A model generated the notes under the pieces. The model did no database searches and had not been told where the DNA came from. It saw only the letters and a list, made by a program, of their open reading frames with translations. From assembly GCA_965219415.1 (NCBI GenBank), contig CBDCNP010000002.1, positions 736,001 through 800,000 on the forward strand: 64,000 nucleotides of DNA, given 5' to 3'. This document shows, piece by piece, positions 22,222-34,031 of this stretch. Position 1 is the first letter of the stretch; the number at the start of each line of letters is the position of its first letter. This stretch comes from Candidatus Marinacidobacterales bacterium. Its GTDB lineage: Bacteria; Acidobacteriota; Vicinamibacteria; Marinacidobacterales; DATDRI01. The translations under genes and the position numbers were made by a program.

Positions 22222-25200
22222 ATGTATCGCATTCATACTCGAGCCGTTCTCGTTGTCGGCTTAAGCCTCGGCCTTCAAGTCGGAGTGCCGGGGTCTGGTC
22301 TGGCAGGGCCAGAAGATAAGCTCAGCGAGTTCGACTTCCTTCTCTTAGGGCTATCGGTCCGTCCTGAGCCCGAAGTCCAGGTCGTCCCCGTTAATACCCC
22401 CACCGGCGTTCAGATCGCCATCGGTTTCGCGGACTCGAGCGCCGATGCGAGCGGCCTTCTTTCTTTGCTTCCTCCCGGGCTCGAGGTAGCGGCAGAGCTA
22501 GTCGGACCCGGGATCGAGACTCCGGTTGCGCTGCGAGGGCCGCCCGGGAAAGTTACTTCCGATTCCACCCCTCCTGACGCGTGGCCTCTTTCTCGTCCGA
22601 GACATCCGTCTCGAAAAGGACGGCACCACACTCATTAGAAGTACGCCCGACACGGCGACGATCGAAGTCATCGACCAAATCCTCATCACACAGGTCACCA
22701 CACGTCCCCTCACCCTCGAGGAGACTCGACAAAAGGGCATTTTGTTTGGTGACGATGATTTCACCGGATTCAATTTCACCATCGCCCTCAACCTGGAAAG
22801 CCGTTTGATTTCGCTCGACTTTCCCGTGGTCTTCGACTCCAACAACATCCCGGTCCCGATTCCAAACGCGCCCGACGTCAGGCTGAAGGGCCTCAACCTT
22901 CCGGGGTTGGGAGGCGTGGGGTTCGTGCCGATGATGCTCGATGTCGGGCTACCGGAGGGGACGGATATCATCAATCCACCCGAGCTCGAAGGCGTCAGTG
23001 TTCCGGGGCTGTTGGTGATTCCCGGGGAAGTCGGTTTTCTGAATCAGTTCTTCAGCGCCATCCTTCTGGTCTCGAACGGGGCACCCGGAGGTTCGGGATT
23101 AGTCGTCACCGATCTAGAGGCGACCATCGAGCTTCCCGCGGGTGACGATCAGGTGCCGGATACTGCCGACGATCCGCTGGAGATCGCGGAGACCGCGGCT
23201 GGCCGGGCCTCGACGATTCCGATTCGCGGATTGGGACCGGATGGTCAAAGCGGAACCGGAGACGACACGGATCGGTTCGCGTCCTCCGAGCAAGGCCAGG
23301 CGGAGTTCTTGGTCGAAGGACGTCGGGAAGGCTTCCACACCATCTCCTTCGACATCGATGGGATTTTGGAAGGCCTGCCGATTGGGCCGGTTCCCATCAG
23401 CGGTTCAGCGAAGGGTGGTGTGCTGGTCAGGAATCCCTTTTTCAATATGACGTTCACCGCGCCGTCGACGGTACGAACCGGTGAGGAGTTTTCTCTCTTC
23501 ATTACGGTGTCGAATATTTCGCAAGCGATCGCCAACGCCGTCACCGTCACGCTGAACCAGGCGAGTCTCGCCGGGGCGACACTCCTAGGCGATCCGGCGC
23601 AGGAGATCGAAACCCTGCTTCCGGGTGATTCGGAAGCACTCGAATACCGCTTCCGCTCCAATCAAACCGGACAAGTCACCGCATCCTACTTGAGGTTCGA
23701 CGGAACCGAGAGCACCGGAGACCTGCTCTTCACATTGGGCGTCGGTCCCCGTGGCGTTCCCTTGTCTCCCGATACGATCGTGCTTCCATCCACCGTGGAA
23801 GTGCTTCCCGATGCTGTTCTGATGGCCGCGCTTCGTGTGCTCGGCCAAGCTTGGAGCATAGCCACCGCCCCCGCGGGAACGATTCCCGAGGGAGTGACCT
23901 CGGTCTCGAAGACCGAGGTGTACGACCGTGCCAACGAGATAGCGGAAGCCGGATTCCGGGTTCAGATCGGCGAACCGCTCGACCGGGCTCTTCAAGGGCT
24001 TGCCTTCGAGTGGGTGAGTACCGATGCGCGAGGTTTCGAGGAGATCGTTCGAGAGACGAATGCCGGGCAAGCGTTCCTGAACGCGATCGGCGAGTCCCTA
24101 GCTTCTCCCGACACCATCACCGACTTCCATCGCGACGTCGCGCAAACTTCCTCCGTCGAGTCCGACCATATTGTGGTTGGTGTGGGCAACGGTTCGGGCT
24201 CTGCCCCCTTGACCTGGGAGGTAACCAGCGGGTTCGGCCGGACACTCGACGTAGGCGCCTCATCCGATTTGCCAAATGCCGCTTTCGTTCCGCTCGCCGG
24301 GACCGAGCCGCTCGATGCCGGCCGTGGTATTGCGTTGATTACTCGGCTGGACTCGTCGCGCTACGAAGTGTCGTGGACCGCGACCGGAACCGGTTCGCTC
24401 GATCTCACTTTGAGTGTGCCACGGCCCGGCAGTGGAGTCGGCTTTTACGTGTTCTCCGGTGTCGGTATCGAAGCTGGCGAGCAAGGGAAGGTCGTGCTCG
24501 ATTTTCCGATTAACGAGTCGATGCTAACGCTCTCGATCGATCGGGATGGTAACGGCATCTTCGAAGAGTCCGTCGAGTCGGCTCCGGGTTGAGATCATCC
24601 AAAGCTCCGGTCCCGAGCTTCTTGCCGCCACGGTCGTGGGTCCGGAAACGTTGTCCGGCGCCGATCCGTGGGGGCGTGTCGTCGCGCTTCTATTCGACAA
24701 AGAGGTGCGGGCAGTAGAGGCGGAGAGAGCCTCGAACTATCGTGTCGGGGAAAACGAAGTCCTGAGCGCCATCCGCCAGCTGTCGGGGCGCCTGGTGTTT
24801 GTGTTCTTGAGAGATCCAGTTGGGGACCTCGTCCCTCGCCAGGCCACCGTGACCGGACTCTTTGATTCGTCCGGCCAACCGATGATCCCTTTCACGGTGA
24901 GCCTCCCCATTACGTCGCGGCTCGTCGACCCCGGTGCCATCGTTACCGGCCGTGTGCTTCGGGCCGACGGGACTCCGTTGGGTGGAGCGCAGATCTTCTA
25001 TCTCAATTCCAGCCGTGGGGTCGGGTTGTTCGCCATCTCTGCCAAGGAAGTCGAGCCCGACGGAAGCTACGGTTTCGATTACGTGCGGCAGAGCCCAGAC
25101 GGCCCCTTCGCTATGCGGGCGATCGATCCCGATACCGGCAGCAGCCAAGAGCTCACGACGAGCGTTCGGACCAACCGCGAGCACATCGTTGTGGATCTGG

Positions 25201-26540
25201 TTCTGCTGGGGCGGGGTGGTGTCACCGGTACGGTGCGCGATCTGATCGGCGAACCAGTACCCGGAGCTCAGGTCCTAGTAACCAGCCAGGTCGATCCCGC
25301 GAGTTTCGCGCTCACGGAAACAGATGGCGAAGGCCGATACGAAGCGCCCGACATTGTGGTCGGCGCGGTCGCCGTCAAGGCCGTTTTCGGAACGTCCTCC
25401 GGTTGTGGCGGCGGGCAATATTCAGCGGGCTGGGACATTCACCGTCGTTGATGTCACCATCAATCTCAATGCGGGCCGCGTCAGCGGCGGCGTCTTCGAG
25501 CTCGATCCCGAGCTCGGCGCTCCCACGCCGGTCCCCATGATCGAGGTGCACTACCTCATTCCGAATCCCATTGCTCCAGGTGAGCTCGTTGCGGCAAGTG
25601 GAGAGACGGCGGGCGACGGATCGTTCGTGTTCGAAGACGTGCCGAGCGGCGCGTTCCGCATCCTGGCCATTGATCGCGTGATCGGCCGTTCGGAGTCGCG
25701 CCCCGGCACACTAGTGGCAGGGGAGGCGATCCCGGGCAGGGGAGGCGATCCCGGACTTCGACCTGTTCTTCTCGGTCGATGAGTTCGGGGCGGCGCAAGG
25801 AACCGTTCTGACCGCCTCCGGCGGTTTCGCGGTAGGGGCCCTTGTTACGGTCGCGGGGCGTCAGGTCTTAACCGGTTCGGACGGCAGCTTTCTGGTACCG
25901 AACATACCCGTAGGGTCACATACCGTCAGCGCGCGGCACCCCAGCACGACCCGCCAGGTCAGCACCCACGTGACGATCAACGCCCCCGCCGACATCGTCA
26001 ATGTTTCGCTCACGCTCCCCGGAGCGGGGCGGGTGGTGGTGACGGTTCTGGACACCCATGGCGATCCACTCGTGGGGCAGACGGTCTTTCGCTTGGCCGG
26101 CAGCCCGTGCGCGGGCATCCCCCAGGTGACCGACGGCGCCGGTATCGCCATCTTCGAGGAAGTTCCGGTTCCCGGCGGATCGTTCAAAGCCATCTTGGAT
26201 GACGATGTCGCCGAGGGCAGCGCCACCATCCAGCGTGAAGGTGATGCTGCGGCGCTCACGCTCCGATTTTCCGGGTTTGGAACCGTCAGTGGGACCGTCC
26301 TCGACGATCAGGGGGAGCCAGCGCTCGGCGCCACCGTCATTCTAGGTGCGAAACGCCTCGACCTTGGTCTCTGCACTTTCCTCCGTGACAGCAGGGCTGC
26401 CGCAGTCGAAACCGGACTGGACGGCACATTCGTGTTCGAACACATTCCGGTAGGCGTAGTGAGCGTCTCCGCATCGACCGTCTTCTTCCCGATCCCCGCT
26501 ACGGGGAGGGATAGTTTGCTCTTCGACGGAGAACTCCCGC
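22222..26540 (+). pseudogene. Very large secreted protein with carboxypeptidase-regulatory-like (beta-sandwich) repeats; at least 4 frameshifts, 3'-truncated
   Basis: Signal peptide; repeated GxVxGxV...G.P..GA.V and TDxxGxY/F motifs; frame changes at ~22550, ~24590, ~25410, ~25735; coding character lost after ~26540. Confidence 0.8.
25716..25753 (+). repeat. Perfect 19-bp tandem duplication
   Basis: GGCAGGGGAGGCGATCCCG twice; removing one copy restores the frame into ORF 25970-26716. Confidence 0.9.
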
Positions 26541-26649
26541 GACTTCATTCTGAATCTGTCGTCTTCGATAGCCGGAGAGACCGCTTTGAGCCAATCCTCA
26601 GCAGGAAGATGTTATATTCTGGAATAAGTGAAAACGCTGCCACTTCGCG

Positions 26650-26800
26650 ACCTTGGGTTCTCAGGATTCGGTATACGGTCTTTCGATTCAACAAAGATAC
26701 CCGTCACGTCGCTTGAGCAGCGCCCACAGCCTTCGGTAACCGAAAGTGAAGTGCTCGAAGGCGAGCTCGCCAATCCGTCTCACCACAACGTGCAAGCTGG
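26650..26800 (-). mobile_element. IS3-family transposase remnant (HTH_21-like segment)
   Basis: RRIGELAFEHFTFGYRRLWALLKRRDG then, after a frameshift, NRKTVYRILR. Confidence 0.7.
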
Positions 26801-27023
26801 CATTGAGTTTCTCGCCGGTAAGCATGTAGCCAAGTTTCTTTCGGAACTGCTTGAGCTGAAAGTTCACATCGTCGACCCCCGAAACGGTGCGACCGGCTAC
26901 GAACTTGCCTTACTTACTCATGTTTCTTGGCTAATCGACTTCGACACAGGTGCGAGAGAGCTAAGCACGCTAAGGATTGTCGAATCCGTGCGTACGACAG
27001 CATTTCAGCGGATCTATAATCAA

Positions 27024-27050
27024 GGGGATGTCCCGGCCGCTGTTGAATTT
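27024..27050. repeat. Orphan IS256-type terminal repeat
   Basis: GGGGATGTCCCGGCCGCTGTTGAATTT, closely similar to the IS end at 43487. Confidence 0.6.
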
Positions 27051-27401
27051 GGTCGGGTAGCGACGGCACCTGTGAATACTCTTAGGCAGCAAACTCATCG
27101 CTGTCAAGAGATTTCTGTTTGCTTCTAAGCGCGTGAACGAGAGCGCCCATATGGCGATAGCCTTTGATACGCGGAACTCTTTCTGCGCGGTGACGACGCT
27201 AAGAGCGGTCCATCGGCGAACCATGGAAGGACTCTTCCAACGCTTGAGGTTTCTCGATACTCTGCGAATGGTTCCGTTGTGACCTTGCCCAGGAAAAGTG
27301 GACAGGTTGATTATCTCGCATGAGCAGTTTTGAGGTCATGAATCCGTTCGAACAGCATTGAGCTGTTGTAATCGAGTGACGAGTGGAGTCGATACGGATT
27401 G

Positions 27402-27433
27402 TAGAACCTGTGCCTCCTATATATTCATCCGCG
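27402..27433 (+). repeat. IS-end-like repeat; inverted copy at 34198-34229, partial copy at 32979-33002
   Basis: TAGAACCTGTGCCT(C/T)CTAT(A/T)TATTCATCCGCG, 30/32 identical to the reverse complement of 34198-34229. Confidence 0.75.
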
Positions 27434-27681
27434 CGCACCGAACTTGATTAGTCTCCGGTCTGCCGGCTGTGCTCCGCAAAAACTCGATCCGTCGTTGATT
27501 TTGCAGTTTAGACCTGCCAGGATTGGCCGTTTCGCGGCGAACGGATGAAGTGACCCAATCGGTATGGTATGGTCAAGTTATTGAAAACCCGGCTGACCGA
27601 CCCTCAAGATGATGGGCTCGAGTTCTGTCGTGAGCCGGCCATGTTGGGGATCGGCCAGCCCGATTCTGCTTAACTTTAACA

Positions 27682-28920
27682 ATGCCCCTGACTATGCTCT
27701 GCCATATAGTCCTGCTGAGCCATTTGGCCCTTGTTCCTGCAGTATCCAGGACCCTCGAAGCCAACGACGACTGGCCTCAATGGCGCGGTCGACAGCGCGA
27801 CGGTCTTTCCCGTGATTCGAATCTACTCGACCAGTGGCCGGCCGGCGGACCGGAGCTCGTCTGGAAGGCCAGCGGGCTCGGCAATGGCTATTCGACTGTG
27901 TCGGTCGCGCGAGGCCGCATCTACACTCAGGGAGCCAGAGGTTCCCGCGAGTACGTGATCGCCCTGGAAGCGATCATGGGACGTGAGGTCTGGGCGAAGC
28001 CACATGGGCGGCGCTATCGCAACAGCCGAGGAGACGGACCGCGCGGTGCGCCGACGGTGGACGGCAACCGGGTCTACGCACTCAGTGGAAGCGGCGATCT
28101 ATCGTGCCTCGAAGCGGATACCGGAAAGATCATCTGGTCGGTGAACCTTCTTGAGACCTTCCGCGGGCGCAATATCAACTGGGGCATCAGCGAGTCTCCC
28201 CTCGTTCTCGAGGACCGTGTCCTCGTCAACGCCGGAGCACGAAATGCCTCGATCGTGGCACTCGACAAGAGGGATGGCTCCCTACTCTGGAAAACGGCCA
28301 GCGACGAGGCAGGGTACTCCTCTGCGGTCCGAGCCAACATCAACGGTGTCGATCAGGCGGTTTTCTTCACGGGCCAGCGTGGGGTGGGCGTTCGCATCAG
28401 TGATGGGCAAGTGCTCTGGTCATACCAACGCGTCTCCAACCGAACCGCCAACGTTGCCACACCGGTGGTGCGAGGCAACTACGTTTTCCTGTCTTCCGAC
28501 TACGGTACGGGCTGTGCCCTGCTCAAGATCTCCGGGGGCGCGGAGCAAATAACAGCCCGTGAGGTCTACTTCACCCGTGACATGCGCAACCACCACAGCA
28601 GCTCCGTTCTGGTCGGCGATACGCTCTATGGTTTCTCGAGCAGCCGTCTCCACGCTCTGAACTTCTGGACGGGCGAGCTGGCGTGGCGTGACCGCAGCAT
28701 CGGGAAGGGCTCTCTGGTCTTTGCGGACGGGCATTTGTACATCTTCAGCGAGAACGGAGTGGTGGGGCTCGTAGAGGCGACGCCGGTGGGGTACCGAGAG
28801 AAAGGTCGCTTCGAGATCCGAACCTCCAACAAGCCCACGTGGGCGCATCCGGTCGTGGCAAACGGCACACTCTACCTGCGCGACCAGGATACGCTTTACG
28901 CCTACGCCATCCGCAAGTGA
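27682..28920 (+). CDS. PQQ-like beta-propeller repeat protein (BamB-like), secreted
   Basis: DWPQWRG..RDG, G.GYS, SESPLV, AGYSS, WAHPVVANGTLYLRD. Confidence 0.88.
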   Translation: MPLTMLCHIVLLSHLALVPAVSRTLEANDDWPQWRGRQRDGLSRDSNLLDQWPAGGPELVWKASGLGNGYSTVSVARGRIYTQGARGSREYVIALEAIMGREVWAKPHGRRYRNSRGDGPRGAPTVDGNRVYALSGSGDLSCLEADTGKIIWSVNLLETFRGRNINWGISESPLVLEDRVLVNAGARNASIVALDKRDGSLLWKTASDEAGYSSAVRANINGVDQAVFFTGQRGVGVRISDGQVLWSYQRVSNRTANVATPVVRGNYVFLSSDYGTGCALLKISGGAEQITAREVYFTRDMRNHHSSSVLVGDTLYGFSSSRLHALNFWTGELAWRDRSIGKGSLVFADGHLYIFSENGVVGLVEATPVGYREKGRFEIRTSNKPTWAHPVVANGTLYLRDQDTLYAYAIRK

Positions 28921-29305
28921 CTTGCTGGCACGGGTCGATATTCCTAAAGGTCGGTGGTCTCCATCATCATCACACTCGACGCGCTGCTTGAGTCTGATCC
29001 GCTCGGAACGGCTGCGGGACTCCGCACCAGGTTACACCTCTGGCCCCTGAGTAGAGCCGACGCCGGCTCTTAAAACGTCCTACATGAAGACGACCAAAAC
29101 ATCCTGGTTGCAGGCAGTTTGCCAATCTCATACAGATCGAGTTTATGGAAGGGACCATCGGTAATCGTGATGGAGTGCACCAGGGATCGGCCTCGAGGCA
29201 ACGGTGCACTAGGCAGCGTTTTGGTCTACCCGGATCGTCTCCGATCACCCCGGGCTGCGGCGCCTCGGCCGCTGAGTTCACGGGGTGAGACAAGGAAGGC
29301 TAGCC

Positions 29306-30301
29306 ATGAAAATGGTTGTGACGGTATCTCTGTTGTTTCTTCTCGTTGCTGATGCGTTGATTGCCCAAGCTCAATCCAAAGGGGACGAGACGGACCCCTT
29401 CGTGGGGGCAACCATCATCGGTGAGAAGCAAGTGACCGCAGAGATCAGAATTACCGACATTCCCGAGAATCTCGCTCCGTTCAAGGAGGGTGGTTTTTCC
29501 AAGTACGTGAGTGTGTTCGGCGTGCACATCTTTGCCACGCCCGACGCACGAGACGAGAAGTTGCTACATGCGGCCAAGGTCATGGCCGAGTACTTAGATA
29601 ACGACTCCGACGGTGTGCCAGAAAACATGCTGGTGCTAAGCCATCTGGTAAGCCGCAACTCGTTCATCGTGTTTCCGAAAACGCCGGAAGAGCTGGAGAA
29701 CATGGATCACGATGCCTGGCGGAGCGCGGGATTCAACGCCGGGCAGTTGCTTTGGGACGAAGAAACGCACCCCGGATTCATGACCGACGGCGTGGTCAAT
29801 CGGGAGGTCGAGCAGGACGCAGCCCTCGAAGAAATCTGGCACCTTCTTTGCGATGCCGGTTGGTCGCCGGCCTACCCTGAAGCCTTTGCTCCGGAACCTG
29901 GGAGCGCGCTCGCCAACTGCATGGACAAGGCGCGCGGAGGGCGCTTCATGGAAATACCTACCGGGGGACCTAAGGCGGGGTATCCCGAAGAGGCCTGGTA
30001 TCACTACGACGACGAGACCTGTGATTACGGCTGTATGGCGGTCGAGTACATGTATTGGGGCACCACGTCCATCCTCGGAGCGCAGGAGTTCAACTCCGCC
30101 AACCGTCCCGAGAGCGGTGAAGGCCCGAGTCAAGAGTGGGGGGCCTATACGCCGGAGTTGATGCGCACGGTGGACCCATGTCTCTACGGATTGCTCACCG
30201 ATCCCAGGTACATGATCGCGACCAAGGCTCCCGAGGGGCGCTACACGCCGTCCGCGACGCCGACTATAATCGTCCCGCTCATCGCGGTGGACGAACGATA
30301 G
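29306..30301 (+). CDS. Secreted conserved hypothetical protein, possible zincin-like fold (EExxH)
   Basis: Signal peptide; HAAKVMAEYLDND, LEEIWHLL, YDDETCDYGCMAVEY. Confidence 0.7.
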   Translation: MKMVVTVSLLFLLVADALIAQAQSKGDETDPFVGATIIGEKQVTAEIRITDIPENLAPFKEGGFSKYVSVFGVHIFATPDARDEKLLHAAKVMAEYLDNDSDGVPENMLVLSHLVSRNSFIVFPKTPEELENMDHDAWRSAGFNAGQLLWDEETHPGFMTDGVVNREVEQDAALEEIWHLLCDAGWSPAYPEAFAPEPGSALANCMDKARGGRFMEIPTGGPKAGYPEEAWYHYDDETCDYGCMAVEYMYWGTTSILGAQEFNSANRPESGEGPSQEWGAYTPELMRTVDPCLYGLLTDPRYMIATKAPEGRYTPSATPTIIVPLIAVDER

Positions 30302-30315
30302 ATAGGGGAATCGAG

Positions 30316-31050
30316 ATGTACAAATCCATATGCGTTGTCTTGCTGTGCCTCGTGGCCTCCAGCTCGAGCCTGTCGTTGCTGGTCCGCGCATCGACGATCG
30401 ACGATGCACGCTCGCTTTGGGAGATCTCATGCATGATCCGCAAGGATAAATTCGACTACGTGCTTCCCACCGCCATGCGCCGCAACCGCATCGACATGTG
30501 GATCGTGCTGGATCGTGGTCGCGGCACCGAGCCGATGGCGCGTGACTTCGGCATCGATACCGTCAACGGCCAAGGGATCTACATTTTCTTCGACCCAGGT
30601 GAAGGGCGTGTGGAGCGCATCCAGCTGGGACCGGAGACGGATATGGCGGAAGACTGTGGCGCGTACGACTCGTTCGGGAGAAGTACGGAGCTTCGCTCCA
30701 TCGTCGAAGAGCGCGATCCCAAAACGATCGCTTTGAACTTTCTCGCCGTGCCCAATACGCGTGAGGGTATTCACGTTGCCGACGGACTGTCTCACACCGA
30801 CTACCAGTTCCTTGAGAACGAGCTAGGCGAAAAGTACGCCTCCCGCTTCACCTCGGCACAGCATCTCATCGCGGACTATCACGGGGAGCGCGTCGCGGGT
30901 GAGATCATCGAGTTCTCCAAGATTGGAGATCTCACCCGTAGGGGCATCGAGCGCGCGCTTAGTAATGAAGTGATCACGCCGGGGCAGACGACTCTACAGG
31001 ACGTTTCCTTGTGGTTCCGAGCGACCAGAGAAAAACAGCGCAGCCCCTAG
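30316..31050 (+). pseudogene. M24-family (Xaa-Pro aminopeptidase-like) protein, N-terminal half only
   Basis: LPTAMRRNRIDMWIV, ERDPKTIALN, ADGLSHT, ALSNEVITPGQTTL.DV; the catalytic C-terminal domain is missing. Confidence 0.75.
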
Positions 31051-31412
31051 TGGGCATTGTCAAGTTTTTCACGGCCTGACGGCCACCCCGAATGAATGAA
31101 ACGCGGTAGTCTCTGGAGGTGGCACCGGCTCAGAGGTCGGCTCAACGTTGGTGCGACTGAGCCCGTTGTCAAGTTTGGCTGGGAGTCCTGCGCGTATCCA
31201 AAATTGCGTTTTCTATCCAGCTGGGATTGTTGAGCGCGTCTATTAGATTACAAGTTCGTGGGCTCCACGCCGGTGCGACGTGAAGGAGGCTGCGATGAGA
31301 GTGGTTCATAAGCGATGCGCCGGATTGGAATGGTCCGCTGCTTCTGGCCGATCTTTTTTTGCGGATCACAAGAGATGAAAGCGGGAACAAACGACGAAAT
31401 CATGCCAGCACC

Positions 31413-31578
31413 GGTGCTTCCGCTATTAAGTGTTGGTGAGATGACGCTAAGACTTTACGCTGCATTAAATTACAGCCAAAATAGCGCTCACGACCTTCGC
31501 CGCACAGTAAATGGAGCGTAAGCGCCTATTTTGCAAAGGGATACGTACACATCACCAACAGCAAACAGCGCAAGCACC
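31413..31578 (+). mobile_element. 166-bp MITE-like element, copy A
   Basis: Imperfect ~30-bp TIRs GGTGCTT(C/G)CGC...TGTTGGTGA; same length as copies at 32775-32940 and 34032-34197. Confidence 0.8.
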
Positions 31579-31684
31579 GCACAGGACGGGGTCCACGCAT
31601 GTGTCTGCCCGCTGCCGAAGTGACTGATACAATGGGACAATGCGACTCAACTCGCCGAGCTAATCGCCAAAGACAATCAATTCA

Positions 31685-32611
31685 GTGACTGATAACGACC
31701 GTGATGCCCAGATGCGAATGGCGGCTTTCGAACATGTTCGAGGACTGCACGAAGTCCACGATCAGCTAACCGCAAACGAGTTGAAACCAGGTTTTGTTTT
31801 CGACGGCGAGCGCATCCCGCTCATCAATCCGCAACGCGGTATTTTCAAGCCGCAGCAGATGCGATTCTTGCTTTCGATCAAGACCGTGTTCCCGAGACCG
31901 GGCGGCAAGATCTGGTACGACGATCAGCGCGATGTTCACCGCCAAATTTTCGAGGGTGACGAGACGGTGGATTACGCATTCATGGGAAAAAATCCAGAGG
32001 CTGCTGACAATCGCTGGCTGCGCGAAGCGTTCGAGAACCAAAGACCGGTGATATATTTTCTTGGTATCGCGCCCGGCCGCTACCAAGCTATGCTGCCAGC
32101 ATTCATTGCGGGGTGGGACGCCGAGGCATTAAAGGCGCGTGTTGCGTTCGGAGTGCTCGATCAAGAAGCGCCGACGCCACCGAAGAACGTCCTGGAACGG
32201 CGCTATGCTCTGCGTTCGGTCAAACAACGATTGCACCAGGCATCGTTTCGAGAAGCTGTCATCAGTGCCTATAACGGCCGCTGCGCGCTGTCGAGGATAC
32301 CTGAACCACTGCTCCTGGACGCGGCGCATATTGTTGCGGACAAGGATGAACGGCTCGGTCAGCCGGTGGTCCCCAACGGCATCCCACTATCGAAAATCCA
32401 TCACGCTGCATTCGACGCGCATCTGATTGGGATTGACGCGGACTACCGCTTGCATGTTTCTGATCGACTGCTCGGCCAGAGTGACGGCCCCATGCTCGAA
32501 GCTTTAAAGCGGCTCAACGGTGGAACCATTCACCTACCCAGCCGCATCAAGGACCGACCGGATCGAGACCGGCTTGCGCTGCGCTTCGACCGCTTCAAGG
32601 CGGTGGCGTGA
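31685..32611 (+). CDS. HNH endonuclease, putative (modification-dependent) restriction enzyme
   Basis: RLHQASFREAV..AY..RCA, LLDAAHI, PNGIPLSKIHHAAFD; N-terminal GIFKP...YDD...DNRWL domain. Confidence 0.88.
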   Translation: MTDNDRDAQMRMAAFEHVRGLHEVHDQLTANELKPGFVFDGERIPLINPQRGIFKPQQMRFLLSIKTVFPRPGGKIWYDDQRDVHRQIFEGDETVDYAFMGKNPEAADNRWLREAFENQRPVIYFLGIAPGRYQAMLPAFIAGWDAEALKARVAFGVLDQEAPTPPKNVLERRYALRSVKQRLHQASFREAVISAYNGRCALSRIPEPLLLDAAHIVADKDERLGQPVVPNGIPLSKIHHAAFDAHLIGIDADYRLHVSDRLLGQSDGPMLEALKRLNGGTIHLPSRIKDRPDRDRLALRFDRFKAVA

Positions 32612-32687
32612 GATGCACGCGTTCACTCAATGAGTACGGTCAATTTAAACCAAGGTAAAGATGGTGCGGCGGTTGCCAGTCGACCTC

Positions 32688-32775
32688 GTCGTGTCCAAAA
32701 ACACAAACGAACTCAAGACCCGCACGCCGCCGATATCATCATTAGTAAGGGGCGATGCCGATCGCCGACTGATGG
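32688..32775 (+). repeat. ~88-bp direct repeat, second copy at ~33759-33846
   Basis: GTCGTGTCCAAAAACA(C/T)AAACGAACTCAAGAC...GCCGACTGATGG; this copy is cut off by MITE copy B. Confidence 0.8.
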
Positions 32776-32940
32776 GTGCTTGCGCTGTTTACTGTTGGTG
32801 ATGTGTACGCATCCCTTTGCAAAAGAGGCGCTTACGCTCCATTTAGCGCGCAGCGAAGGTCACGAATGCTATTTCGGCTGTAATTCAATGCACCGTAAGG
32901 TCTTAGCGTCATCTCACCCACACTTAATGACGGAAGCATC
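32775..32940 (-). mobile_element. 166-bp MITE-like element, copy B (inverted)
   Basis: Reverse complement aligns end to end with copies A and C. Confidence 0.8.
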
Positions 32941-33897
32941 CAACTAGCTGTAATTCCCTGGGTATTAGTGTTTTCAGTTGTGCCTTCTATTTATTCATCC
33001 GCCAGTCCATGGGCCGGAAGTCAGCCCTGCGGCGCGAAATACCCTGGATTCTGCTCGGATTCCAAGGGCGTCTAAGCTGCTGATTTGTGGTCTATTTCTA
33101 AAGGGCCGAGTTTTGGCACAGGACGCGAACGCCCAGCGGGTCAGCAGTTTGCACCTTTCCAAGGGTCGCTTGAAGCAGCCATCGCGGTCGGATACGTATT
33201 CCAGTTCAGCAGTCCGAGCCCAAGGAGCCCTCCCGTGAACGGCTTGGCGGGTTGCTTCGTTTCTACCCTCGGGAAGCCGCATGAGTATCTTGACCTCACG
33301 GCAATGTAGCGAAAACTCAGAGAAGCCCTGGTGCCAACGTCATGCTATCCTCTTGTTCTACAGTGATTTAAAGCCATCCGTCACGTGCTGGTCCCCGCAC
33401 GCCTCATCGACGGGGGGTCGTTCGAGCTTATTTGCGAATTGACAGTCAATCCGATTTTCTAGACGGCAATCTCAACCTCCTTGACGCCTGAAAGAGGGCC
33501 GTGTCGTAAACTCTCCGACGGAGGCTACACTCGTAAGTCATTGTAGTGAAAAGCTATTACGCCTCATCGATGGACGCGTCGTCGACGGGAACACCTTTCC
33601 GACTATCGCAGTCGTAAGGCTCAAGTGGGGGCAAGTGGAGCTATTCGGGTCTTGGCAGCAAACAAGCAGTAACGGTGCAAAACAGATCATCAAAATGCAA
33701 TTGGAGGCCATTTCGGGGCTGAATCGAGCGCTAATCGCTCAGTTAATGGGAAGACGCCGTCGTGTCCAAAAACATAAACGAACTCAAGACTCGCACGCCG
33801 CCGATATCATCATCAGTAAGGGGCGATACCGTTCGCCGACTGATGGAGACCAAGAGTGAGCGTGGCAGCAGCGGGTTGGCTTACAGCGTGACCTGCC

Positions 33898-34031
33898 TCA
33901 CAGCGTTGCGACGAGGGCACGCTGCTCCTCCCAATCGTCGGGAAGTGGATGATGGAGGAGGTAGCTCGATGTCAGCCTAACGGGCTGGCGGCCTTCCACA
34001 ATGGCACGGACGATGTCGGGTGCCAGGAAGG
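33898..34031 (-). pseudogene. C-terminal remnant of a large serine recombinase-type protein
   Basis: FLAPDIVRAIVEGRQPVRLT...LPDDWEEQR..*; truncated by MITE copy C. Confidence 0.7.

Noticed and set aside
26628-27438. Short ORFs in the low-GC patch as real genes
   Set aside because: No RBS or motifs; better explained as IS3/IS256 debris
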